DNA of 64,000 nucleotides. Origin: Paecilomyces variotii. Lineage: Eukaryota. The stretch's first letter is position 1, and each line of letters opens with the position of its first letter. Of the stretch, positions 1 to 12,018 are shown piece by piece. The stretch lies in NCBI GenBank assembly GCA_004022145.1, contig RCNU01000013.1, one strand, 5' to 3'. The notes beneath the pieces were generated by a model, which saw only the letters and a list, made by a program, of their open reading frames with translations, searched no databases and was not told where the DNA came from. The position numbers and the translations under genes were made by a program.

Positions 1-2785
1 AGGAAGATAATCAGATGGCCGCTTTTGATGAAGGCGAAATGAACTTCCAGAACCCCACTAGTCTGGGTGACATCACCATCTCCCAACCTAAGATGTTGAC
101 GGCTCAGCTGAAGGAATACCAGTTGAAGGGTCTGAACTGGCTCGTCAATCTGTACGAGCAGGGTATCAACGGTATTCTTGCAGATGAGATGGGTCTAGGA
201 AAGACCATCCAGTCCATCTCCGTCATGGCGTATCTAGCAGAGGTGCACAATATCTGGGGTCCATTCCTCGTCATTGCACCAGCTTCCACGCTTCACAACT
301 GGCAGCAGGAAATCACCAAGTTCGTTCCCGATATCAAAGTGCTGCCTTACTGGGGTTCTGCCAAGGACCGAAAGATTCTACGAAAGTTCTGGGACCGCAA
401 GCACATCACCTACACAAAGGAATCGGAGTTCCATGTCCTGGTCACGTCCTACCAACTTGTCGTGCTCGACGCACAATACTTCCAGAAAGTCAAGTGGCAG
501 TACATGATTCTGGATGAAGCACAGGCCATCAAGTCGTCGCAGAGTTCGCGTTGGAAGAACCTTTTGGGATTCCACTGCCGTAACCGTCTTCTGTTGACTG
601 GTACTCCCATCCAGAACAACATGCAGGAACTCTGGGCGTTGCTTCATTTCATCATGCCAACATTGTTCGACTCCCACGATGAGTTCAGCGAGTGGTTCTC
701 TAAGGATATCGAGTCGCATGCGCAGAGCAACACGAAGCTCAACGAGGATCAGCTGAGGCGTCTCCACATGATCTTGAAGCCTTTCATGCTGCGCCGTATC
801 AAGAAACATGTCCAGCAAGAGCTTGGAGACAAGGTCGAGAAGGATGTCTTCTGTGATCTGACCTACCGTCAGCGCGCGTACTACGCCAACTTGAGAAACC
901 GCGTCAGCATCATGGATCTCATCGAAAAGGCGGCCGTCGGTGACGATACAGATAGCACTACGCTGATGAACCTAGTGATGCAATTCCGGAAGGTCTGTAA
1001 CCATCCAGACCTGTTCGAGCGCGCTGAGACAAGGTCTCCTTTCTCCGTTGCACACTTCGCAGAGACAGCCTCTTTCCTCCGTGAAGGACAGAATGTCGAT
1101 GTTGGCTACTCCACACGGAGCCTGATCGAGTATGACCTGCCACGCATGCTGTGCGCTTCTGATGGCCGTGTTGACGTTCCAGGCCCGGGGAACAGTCGGG
1201 CTGGCTTCCGCGGGAAGTATCTTAATCATCTGATGAACATCTGGTCGCCTGAGAATATCAAGCAGAGTTCCGAAGACAATCAAGCCTTCTCGTTCTTGCG
1301 CTTCGCGGACACATCGCCCAGCGAGGCCTACGAGATGTCACACATTGGAATTTTTGAGCGCGCTGTTCGCCGTCGCGGCAAGGTCAATCGCCTTTCGCGA
1401 CTCAATGTTGTCTACGACGAAGAGGAGAACGTGAATTCTGTCCTACCTCATTCACTATTCAATATCGTCGAGCGCAACGATCGCCAGGCTACACACGAAG
1501 TCGCCTTGGAGGGTCGCATGCTCGAGCTCATGAATGTATCTAGGATGACCTTTGAGCGTGAAGGTCTCAGCATCATCGAGCCGTGCGCCAGCCCAATAGC
1601 CTCTGCCCCACCGATCACGATCAATTGCTCTGGCCAGGCTGCGATCCGCGAAACGCAGGACACGCTGTTCAACGTCTCTGTGCGTCATGCACTCTTTGGT
1701 GTGCCATCCAAGAAGATGGAGGAGCAGATCGTGGAAAAGAAACTGGACCCTACGCCGTATTCTTTGCCTCCTATGCTGCCCGAGCCACTTTCAGCCAAGG
1801 GACGCTACACGCACATCGAGGTGCCATCCATGCGGCGTTTCGTCACCGATTCGGGCAAGCTGGCGAAGCTGGACGAGTTGCTCCGCGAACTCAAGGCGGG
1901 TGGTCATCGTGTGCTGCTCTACTTCCAGATGACGCGTATGATCGATCTGATGGAAGAGTACCTGACTTACCGGAACTACAAGTACTGCCGTCTGGACGGA
2001 AGTACCAAATTGGAGGATCGTCGAGATACTGTGTCTGACTTCCAGCAGCGGCCGGAGATTTTCGTCTTCTTGCTGTCGACCCGTGCTGGTGGTCTGGGTA
2101 TCAACCTGACGGCCGCTGATACTGTCATCTTCTACGACTCGGATTGGAATCCTACCATCGACTCTCAGGCCATGGACCGTGCTCACCGTCTTGGTCAAAC
2201 GAGGCAGGTCACCGTGTACCGTCTGATTACGCGCGGTACCATCGAGGAGCGGATCCGGAAGCGTGCTTTGCAGAAGGAGGAGGTCCAGCGTGTCGTCATC
2301 TCTGGCGGTGCTGCGGGCGGAGTCGATTTCAACACTCGCACGCGCGAGAACCGCACCAAGGACATCGCCATGTGGCTTGCCGACGACGACCAGGTCGAGC
2401 TCATCGAGCAGAAGGAGAAAGAGGCCTTGGACCGCGGCGAGGAATTTGGTGCCAAGAAGGGCGGAAAGAAGGCCGCACCGAAGAGGAAGAAGGATCTCAC
2501 GCTGGACGATATGTATCACGAAGGTATGTAAAGCGTTTGTCAGTCATTTTCGACGATTAAGTACTAATGTTTCTCTTCTACTTAGGCGAAGGTCATTTCG
2601 ACGATGCCAGTGCAAAACCCTCTGAAGCGCCAACGCCTCTGTCAGCTGGCGATAATCCGGCCCTGTCGTCTGGCCCGGCACAGAAACGTGGCCGCGGCCG
2701 CGGACCGGGTAAAGGCACATCGAAGAGAGCCAAGACCACGAAAGAACGGCTCCGGATCATTGACGGCGACGGCGGAATGAGTTGA
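1..2785 (+). CDS. ino80: INO80 chromatin-remodelling ATPase, 5'-partial; exons <1-2523 and 2586-2785
   Basis: SNF2 motifs ([32 protein letters not shown]), a long insertion between the two RecA lobes typical of the INO80/SWR1 family, and HelicC motifs ([24 protein letters not shown]). Intron GTATGT..TACTAAT..TAG at 2524-2585 keeps the frame. Confidence 0.95.
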
Positions 2786-3791
2786 TAGTCTCCATGTACG
2801 GCCAATTTGATGACTGGCGGATCTGTCTGCCTATGTACTACCATACTTTGCTGCTTTATTGTGGGGTTTAGAAAAGAAGACCCGAGGGGGAAAACGGGTC
2901 AAAAAACAATTGAAGGCGAAAGTGAAGAGAGAAAAGGGACCCGCGTGGCATGAAGGAACCATCGAGCCGGGAAACTGGATAGACTTGGATTGTTCTTCTT
3001 GTGTTGTTTTTCTTGTGCACGGCTTAGCTCGCGTCTTTGTTTCTTGCCTGATCGGATTGATGTGATGCGCCCTGGGGTAATAATTGCTTCCTTCGACGGT
3101 GCGGATGGACGGACATGGACGTTTACTGATGGAATTCTTCCTCTTCTCTCTTCTTCACGCGTACCATGGCCAGCGGCCTCATGGCCCTAATCTTCTTACG
3201 CAGCTTTTTCTGTACCATTATACTTGCCCTTGAGAAAATCTGCAAGAGATGTATGTTTCTTCCTTCCATTTTCTATCTTGTTTTTCTTTCGAGAGTTGCA
3301 GCTACACTACATCTCCAGACCTGTGATACATGCCACGATGGATTGCGATAGATCTTGAACTACGGAGTGTTACTTTTAGACTTGCAGCAGCCAGACATGA
3401 GAGAGAGTATGGTAATAGTGTAATAATATAGCTGCAATCAGCTGGATCGTGAGGCAGCAGACTGGCACGAAAGCTTTCCTCTTCGTTCTTTTCTTTTCTC
3501 TTAATTGATTAATATTAATATTATTATTATTATTTTGGTGTGAGCAGGTGTATTAATTACATCATTGGCCCCGATAGCGGTTAGCGGGGTCTCGCTTGCC
3601 CTTAGCGGCTGCTGAGTCATCCGCCACACACACAAAGACGTCGCCGGCTCAGCTTCATCGTGACTTCTTGCAACCATCTCCTCATCCTCAAGGAACTGTG
3701 AGTACTCCCTGGCTTTCGGGCTCTGGCAGTCGAGCTGGGCTCCTGTCTTATGCATTGCATCGTTTACTAACCGCTCCTGCAGTCTGCGAAG

Positions 3792-3957
3792 ATGAGAGCC
3801 AAGTGGAGAAAGAAGCGCGTTCGTCGTCTCAAGCGTAAGCGCCGCAAGGTCAGAGCCAGATCGTAAGTCTCCTTCTTCTCTCCTGTCTGACTGGAAATCA
3901 ATTCCATGAGGATTCAATTGCATTGGAATTGGTCTCTAACAATCCTCCAGGAAGTAA
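3792..3957 (+). CDS. rpl41: Ribosomal protein L41 (eL41/eS32), 25 aa; exons 3792-3862 and 3951-3957
   Basis: Spliced translation MRAKWRKKRVRRLKRKRRKVRARSK* matches the eL41 family. Intron GTAAGT..CTAAC..CAG at 3863-3950. A probable 5'-UTR intron (GTGAGT..TACTAAC..CAG) lies at 3698-3782. Confidence 0.96.
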
Positions 3958-4852
3958 ACTACTCGCCCACTCCATCTCAGCTTGATGTCGGATCTTGAGC
4001 TGAATGCCGAACACGACAATTAACGACCAAAAAATCCTTTTTTACTATCTACGATTTCCACGATGTCATGATCGATTGAAAGATTGGTGATCCGTCGTGG
4101 TTTTTACCACTCCGTCGAAGCTGTTGGACTCGTCCATTCGCAGGGGACAGTTCGGAACGGTGCCTCGTTCAGAAAAAAATATCTTTTTATCCAACCTCGG
4201 GCAAAAACCGTTTTTTATTTTCGAGCATAGTCCGGCAGAATGTGCGTTTTTCATCGACGTGCATCTTTGTTCGTCGGAGGGTCCGTGTGTCCGGTGGGGT
4301 TGGAGGGGTAACAGAGGAGGATCGGATCAAGTCAAGGATTTCCGGATTGCATGATCTTCCCATATCTTCTCTTTTGTTTTTACCTCTCGAGTTTCGGCAT
4401 GAGCTGGTCAATTTACCAGCTTCCTTTTGTCTAGCTGTCGAGGGATGACCTTGATGGCCGGATGAGGGAGGTTATGGAGCGGTTTCTGCGGGAATTTACT
4501 TAAGACTGGTCACGCTCTGATGATTTGACGTTTTAGAATAGCTACTGCTAGTGGAATGGATGAATCTTCAGAGCCAACTTTTGCGTGTTTGAACCCTGTA
4601 GAGCTCAATTGGCTTGCTGTTGGGCATAAGTAATATTGAATATAGATGGATCTGTGTAGCTTATCGTGCGTTTTCTGTGGCGCGAGCTCTCCGCCGGGGC
4701 GCGGAGCGGAGCAACCGCCGACGGGAAACCCCAAGGAATTTTTTTCTTCCTCCGCCGCGCCGGCATCTTTTGGACATCTGACAGCTCCGTCCACCACAAG
4801 CCACGCAGGCGGTCGTCGATACCCAGCCTGTTGATTATACAGAAGAAGAATT

Positions 4853-6548
4853 ATGGCCGTGGACGTTGCTGAGAAAAAGCGCAAGCGCGCGTCCGACAGA
4901 CACGAGCGCCCGAGCAAGAAGCCGGCTCTGGACCCTCAGGACCTGCCGCCGCTCAAAGCCAGTGTCGTCGAAGATGAGAGCGAGTTGGCTCCAGTGATAG
5001 GTAAGTCTAGTTTATCGTATTTGGATATGGTATTATTCTGCTTGATTAAAGAAATTTTTCTTATTATCATCTGATATCCCCACTTCATGCAATTGCTGCA
5101 GAAAAGACAACTGACGGATTAAATCTATAGTTACGACACCCGGTCTTCAACCGCCCCGAAAACTGCCTCTCCACCCTTACTTTAAGTCTCGTCGAGATAC
5201 TGACTCGTCGTCTTCCCGCGGTCGCAACCCTGGTATCGTCTCGTCAGAAATCCTGTTGCAGTCGTCGGAACACCCCAAGCTCGACTTTGTCGGTCGCGAG
5301 GCCGATGATGATGCGGACGCCCAGCTGAAACATTATATTGCCGTTGTGGACCCTGCGCAGAAGACATGGCAGTTTGTGGAGGCTCGAAAGGTCACACTGA
5401 GAGGTGTGGTGAGGAGGTTGAAGGTGAGAGGGGATAAGGAGGAGGAAGAGGAAGAAGATGAGGTGGTGAGTTTTGTCTTGTTCTTTTCTGCGGTGTATCA
5501 TCGATATAGGAGCAGGGTAAAATGCTGACGTTTACAGCAAACCATCCGTGCTCAGCGGAATGCCCTTACCGATGCCTTCGGTACGAAACAATCTCGCAAG
5601 GCGGCCCAGTCTGTGGCGGAGAACGCGACGCTGTCCAATGCTCCTGCTGGGCAGACGAATGCGGCCGAGTCGGCTCTGCTGTCGTCCATGCCTGTGGACA
5701 CGCTCGCCATGAAGGACAAGGAAAAGGCTGTTCAGGCAGAGATCCAGGCCGCGAAACCCATACCGCAGGCGAACCTATCCGCTTCGCATCCCTCCGATGT
5801 CTATACGCTCGACGTGCTTGTGGCGGGCGGAGTATCTACGCTGCGGCAGCTGCCTAACATTAAGGAGTGGCAGGATTCAGTAGCCGCCGGTAGGGAAGTA
5901 CGTGTCACGTCTCGATATGTGGTGAACCGTGTGAATGCGGTTGTGGAATCGGGAAATACGACTCAACTCCAAATTCTGCGATATATCCTGCTACTGCTCG
6001 AATTCGCACGCTCTCTCCGCGGCGGAGCCAAAGCCGGTGGCACTCTTCCGCCTGGCAGTAAGCGTCTTCCCCCTCGCGACGACCTACGCCGGATTCTATC
6101 GTCTACGCTTGGTGGAAATCCCTCAGAGAAGATAGCACCATCAGCTGTGCTCCCAGATCCCGTCATCGATTCCATCCGTCGCAAGCACGCTCCGCAAGGC
6201 TCGCATCTTACCAAGACAGACATCACCCTCCTCCACACTACCATCTGTGCTCTTTCTCTCCATATACCCCCGGCTCCAGCCAAGGATGGCGGTTCCAGCT
6301 CCCAGGGCGGCAACTCGCCCAACGAGCTGGCTACCGACCCATCCGACCTGCGCGACGACCTCCGTCTCGACAACCAAGTCATCCTGCAATACTTCCGCGA
6401 ATTGGGCTGTCGCGTCGACAGGCCTCGCGAGAGCGAGTTTGCCAAATGGGGCATCAAGGGTGGCAAGGTCGAAGCAGCTGCTAGACGGGTGTGTCGTCTG
6501 CGTGTGCCCGTTGAGTTCCCGAAGGTGAGCCGCGGTGGGAGGAGATAG
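4853..6548 (+). CDS. rpa49: RNA polymerase I subunit A49-like protein; exons 4853-5000, 5131-5465, 5538-6548
   Basis: Spliced product has A49-family segments (LLQSSEHPKLDFVGRE, HYIAVVDP, RNALTDAFGTKQSRK, L..DLRL....I.QYFRELGC, LRVPVEFPK). Both introns are canonical and restore the frame. Confidence 0.85.
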
Positions 6549-8773
6549 AAGGAGATACATAGAAGTACATTTGCGTGTATAGGAAGGAGTGGATGATGTC
6601 CGTATAATTGCGGTTTTATTTTCTTTTTCTTTTTCTTTTTGTTCCCAAGGTACAGTACATGTAGATAGATTCTCGGAGTTTTTTCTTTCGAAACTGGATT
6701 TCATTGAAGATCAAAAAAAGCGTGGAGTTCAAAATTATACTTTACTATTTATTTTTCAAATTGAATCGAGTCCTCTAAGTACTAGCTGATTGTAACATGG
6801 CAAGATTATTAATTTCGTAGTGTCCATGGTAGTTATCATCCACATAAATAATTAACATATAATCTTGGATTATTTATCCATCGAATCCTATCTCTTCCAG
6901 AGGATATAATATATTCGAGTTATCGACGCACATCGATTAAATATAGTATCCTTTCACAGCAGGTCCTGTCCTTGATTACATCTGGTGACCTAATCATAGG
7001 ATAGAACTTACTTACTTACTTACTACATATATAAATCCACTAGAGTCCAGATTCTTTGTATGCTTAGGAAGAGTTTGTTTATTGTCATTTATTCACGATA
7101 AGATTGACTCTATGGGTAACTCGTCCTTGGAAAGCAATCTATACTTACCCCGTCAAACTAATATATTATATTATTACTTTGATTTGGGTTGAAAAAAGTA
7201 TATTCGATATGTGTATCCTGATTCCTGAGGGTTTAATGCGACTAGTTGATTTATAGATATTTTTTTTTCGTGATAGATATGAGTTAGTGATTTCAGGTTT
7301 CAGGTATCTGGTAGTGTATAGATAGATAGATAAGACAGGCATAATTTGTCTAATGTATGTACATACTTACTGTATACATAGATCTCAGAAGGGTTCCGCT
7401 TGAGGGAGGTACCTAGGTACCTACCTGTCTTTAGACTAGACATGAATCTATGTTGAAGTTTAGAGTGGAAAAAAAAAAGAATATCTTGAATAATAGCCAT
7501 AAGTATAGTTCCCGCCAGAGCGCTACGTTGAGTTGAATGATGAATGCGGATCCGAAAAACCGTCATCTTTTAGCTGAAGGGAGCGCAATTAGTTATTTTG
7601 AGCATAGTTTCAGATTATAACTAGATCCGTGGACACACAACACAGTAACTCGGTTTAGGTAAGTGAGAGAGAGGCTCAATCTATCTAGTCTATCTAGGTA
7701 CAGATCATCGCCTACCCACCTGGTATGAATAGTTAGTTAGTGACTCTATCTAGGTAGTTATCTCAGCCATGTGCGCGACGAGGACGTTTTGTCCCAATCA
7801 AAAGGACGATGAACGCGGAGCCGCATGGCGAAGGGAGCAAGTTGACTAGAGACGGAGGACGCACTGGATGATCCCAATAGGTAGCGTCCGTGGGGGACCG
7901 AGTCTTGTATCCAATAAGTTTGGTATTGGCATTCTTGCCAGCCATCTTACTGTACCCGACTAGGGTAGTGAGCTAACTATTGTTCTAGACGGAGACGGTA
8001 TTCATGATTAGCCATCGTGTCAGAGTTTCTCCGCAATAATGTTGCGACCATGGCTCTGTTCCATGCATTTACTCCGTCCCCAGCTTGCATATTCGATGTC
8101 TTGATGGAGATGGGGTAAGGCCGGGCTGCGACCCCCACTGCGAACATCATCACTAACTTAAGTACTGCGGGGGAAGCCAGATGAGAAGCCGATGGCCGGC
8201 TCGGTAATGCTACTATCTCGATTCTCGAGTAACTAAGAGTCTAGACAGCCCTGGGATAATAAATTAGATCGAATGGCTAACCGTGGCAACTTGAGGATGT
8301 ATGATGATGAATGAAAAGAAAAGATCCGAAGCACCTGACAAGTCGGCCGGGCCCGACTCGCTGCGTGTGCGGAAACTCGAGGGCTGTGGAATTATTATCG
8401 TGTCTGTTTGATTCTTGGTATTGTATTGATTGAATACGATATGTTATAGAAGTAGTATAGTATAGTATAGATTATTATATGACACCAGATAGTTATCATT
8501 TCCGCTGATTCTCCCAAGGTACCTCGTCCGCCGTCCAGATGTCAGTCTTCGCCAAGAAGTCCGCGGAAAGGAGGATGGATGCAGTCTACAGAGTTAATTA
8601 ATGATAGTCTTATACCATACATACATACATAAATTGTTAAGTTAGCTTGTTGATTGATCGCCCAGAGCTATCAAGGGTCCGCCCATCTTGCAGGTCCATC
8701 GTCGATCTAAACCGTCCTGTAGACTATCTAGTTAGTTAGTTAGGTTAGATAGGTTAGTTAACTTATGTAGCCA

Positions 8774-8986
8774 TGCGGAACCGCTCTTGCTTTTCCTCTT
8801 TTTCTCTCTTCGTTCCCTCCACGATCTGGCCAGCATGAACCATCCCTCGCCTCACAGTGCGGGGGAGACACAACAATAACTCAATCAATTATCCTCATTC
8901 ACTCGTCTCCCTTTTGCCCGAAACGGCCCCCTGGTGCTACCATCCCCCGCCTTTTCCCTCCACATTTCCCCGGGTTGGCGCCCCAG
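8774..8986 (+). promoter_or_regulatory. Putative AlcR inverted repeat and CreA-site cluster upstream of the ADH gene
   Basis: TGCGG-AA-CCGCT at 8774-8785. SYGGRG matches (either strand) at 8817, 8859, 8945, 8958, 8968 and 8981. A TATA-like GATATAAAG lies near 9391. Confidence 0.5.
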
Positions 8987-9604
8987 ATCATGGTTCATAG
9001 AGCCCTTCCGATTCGTTAAGAAAAAACTGTTTTCGTCGGAGGGAGATCAGAGTAAGTAGAGAGCATGCGTCATCCATCAGCCTAAGACGAACGATACATA
9101 TCGAATTTTCCCAAACCCCAGAAATGAGGTTTTTTTCGCCCGTCACAATTAAATTACATACATATCATAAGACATTATTATTACTCGACTGTATACCATA
9201 CCGTTGCGCATGATCCTATCCACACGGCCTCCCCCCGCGTATCTCCACCAGGGTCGCCCGACACGATTCGCCAGATGATGCCGTGATGGGATCGTCCGAT
9301 ACTCCGAGCTGGTCGTATGTTGTCCGGCTTCGTTCCCAGCAATAACAACAATACGTCAGGCGTCATGGCTGTCAGGGATAGAACTCGAGGGATATAAAGT
9401 ACCTGCTGTTCCGTTCTTTTTTTTCTTTTGTGTTTCTCCAGATCAGATCCAGTCAGTTTTCCTCTCATAGATCAAGAAATCAATCAATCAATCAACTGAG
9501 ATTCACTCTATACTTGGTTACATCTCAGACTTGTGATTCATTTTCTACTACAAAACACTTTACACCGATTTATTTCATATCCCCCTCTAATCACATCTCT
9601 CACA

Positions 9605-10851
9605 ATGGCTATTCCAGACCAGCAATGGGCCCAGGTCATCGAGCCCAACGGCTCTCTCGTCTACAAGCAGATCCCCGTCCCCAAGCCCGGCGCAGATGAA
9701 GTCCTCGTCAACATCAAATACTCCGGCGTCTGCCACACCGACCTCCACGCCAAGAACGGTGACTGGCCCCTGGACCGCAAGCTGCCCTTGATCGGTGGCC
9801 ACGAGGGTGCCGGCGTCGTCGTCGCGAGGGGTGAACTCGTCTCTGAAGTCGACATCGGCGAGCAAGTCGGAGTCAAATGGCTGAATGGCTCTTGTTTGGC
9901 TTGTGAGTTCTGTCAGAAGGCTGATGAGCCTCTTTGTGCTCATGCGGAGCTCTCTGGGTATACCGTCGACGGTACCTTCCAGCAGTACTGTGTTGCGAAG
10001 GCGGCGCATGTCTCGAAGATCCCTAAGGGTGTTGCGCTCGATGCTGTCGCTCCGATCCTTTGTGCTGGTATCACCGTCTACAAGGGTCTGAAGGAGTCTG
10101 GTGCTCGTCCCGGCCAGTCGGTGGCTATTGTTGGTGCTGGTGGTGGTCTGGGAGCGTTGGCTCAGCAGTACGCAAAGGCCATGGGTTTGAGAGTCATTGC
10201 TATTGATGGTGGTGATGAGAAGAAGGCTCTCTGCGAGCAGCTTGGCGCTGAGGTATGTGCATAAAGCAGCAATTCCCTCTCTCCTATGCCCCAGCAAACC
10301 AAACCAATAAAACCAATCAACTAACAACATAATAATAACAGGCCTACGTCGACTTCACCAAAACCAAAGACCTCGTCCACGACGTCCAATCCGCCACCAG
10401 CGACGGACTCGGTCCTCACGCCGTGATCCTCGTCGCCGTCTCCGAACTCCCCTTCCAACAAGCCGCCAGCTACGTTCGATCTCGCGGAACCATCGTCGCC
10501 ATCGGTCTGCCCGCCCACGCGTACCTGAAGGCCCCCGTCTTCAGCACCGTCGTGCGCATGATCAACATCAAGGGTTCCTACGTCGGTAATCGCCAGGATG
10601 GCGTCGAGGCGTTGGACTTTTTCGCTCGTGGTTTGATCAAGTGTCCGTTTAAGACGGTGCCGTTGTCGGATTTGCCGAAGGTTTATGAGTTGATGGGTGA
10701 GTTTTTTTTTTATCTATCTAGGATCTGGATTATCATATATGATACATCTATTTGATCTGGCATGGTACTTTATACTAACTATCCCCCCTTTTTACTATTT
10801 ACAGAACAAGGAAAGATTGCTGGCCGTTACGTCCTCGAGATGCCACAGTGA
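9605..10851 (+). CDS. alcC: Zn-dependent alcohol dehydrogenase (ADH1/alcC/adhA type); exons 9605-10252, 10342-10696, 10805-10851
   Basis: Motifs [15 protein letters not shown], structural Zn C-x2-C-x2-C-x7-[20 protein letters not shown] and C-terminal GKIAGRYVL. Two canonical introns. The symbol is based on the two-intron layout and the gene neighbourhood, so it is less certain than the product. Confidence 0.93.
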
Positions 10852-10885
10852 TTTTATTCCCCTCAGTCACCTCATTCATTCATCC

Positions 10886-11300
10886 CTCTCTCTCTCTCTC
10901 TCTCTCTCTTTCCCTTCCCCTCTCCATCCATTCTCCTCCAACCCATTCGATAGAAATACAAGAAGGGGGAAGTAGTACGGAGAGCGAGAAGAGAAGAGAA
11001 GAGAAGAGAATGGATGAATGAATTACAACAGATACCGTACCGTACCATACCATACTACCGGCTACAAGCGTTCTCCTTTCCTTTTCCTTTTACTTTTTGT
11101 TCTTGGATAACTTTTCATGAAATGAGATGAGATGAGAGACGAAGCAGATCAGTCAGAAACAGGCGTTGGCAAGATTTTCAAGCGAGCAAACAAACGGGGG
11201 AGTGAAGAAAGAAAGAAAGAAAGGCAGGAGTTGAGTTGAGTTGAGTTGAGACTGGCTCGCAGGCGGGGAATATCAGATCCAGATCCAAATCCAAATCCGT
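10886..11300. repeat. Cluster of short microsatellites: (CT)n, (AGAAG)n, (TACCR)n, (GAGAT)n, (AAAG)n, (GAGTT)n, (ATCCAR)n
   Basis: Tandem units directly visible downstream of the ADH stop codon. Confidence 0.85.
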
Positions 11301-12018
11301 GTGAAATTATTATTTTTCTTCCTTTTTATCCTCGAATACTACTACTACAAGCAAGCGAAACAGTAAACGATAATAATAACAATATAACCCTTAAAATTCG
11401 CGCCATTACTTTACTTCGTATATAGCTTGTAACGTATGACTAGCAACTTAACGCCTATTCCTGATTTCCATCCGATTGGGTTTGGTGGAATTCTTTTCCC
11501 AAATGACAAGTGAACAATGAAAACGAAGCTGCCGACGTCTTAAGATGAATGCGTGCATGCAAGGTAAGGTGATATGAGGACTGCAAGACTAGACGAAAAT
11601 GAAACGGAAAAAAAAAAGCAAAGAAAAGAAATGGAATCGAGGGTGGTGGTATAGAGTACATCTATGCGTGCTGTATTGGTCACGGTGTCTTGGTAAGATG
11701 TGAGAACCGAAGATGGTCAAAGCCGTCTGGGTTTAGAATTATCTCTTTCTTCTAGTTTGGTCGAGGTAACTGGAAGAGAAAGCACGAGGATGGGGATGAG
11801 GTTAGAGTCGAGCGATATGATAGGATAGGATAGACGTTCGGCTTGATTTCTTTTCCCTTTCTCTCTTTCCCAAGACTTGTTCCGTGGCTATAGCCATGCA
11901 CGTTCTCTCTGCGAGGATACACGGACTGAAATGATATGACAAGACTCCAAAATGAAAACAAAAACCATGAGTCACGGACTCCAAGTACAAAAACAAAAAC
12001 AAAAACAAAAAACACATC

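Noticed and set aside
1791..2519. Long antisense ORFs over ino80 (also over ADH 9587-10330, ytp1 57517-58233 and steA)
   Set aside because: These are mirror frames caused by codon bias of the real genes.
4133..4145. CATTCGCAG, resembling U14 snoRNA domain A
   Set aside because: There is no domain B and no properly spaced C/D boxes around it; a 9-nt match alone is insufficient.
7141..7150. ATACTTACC, resembling the U1 snRNA 5' end
   Set aside because: The downstream sequence is AT-rich with no U1 stem-loops.
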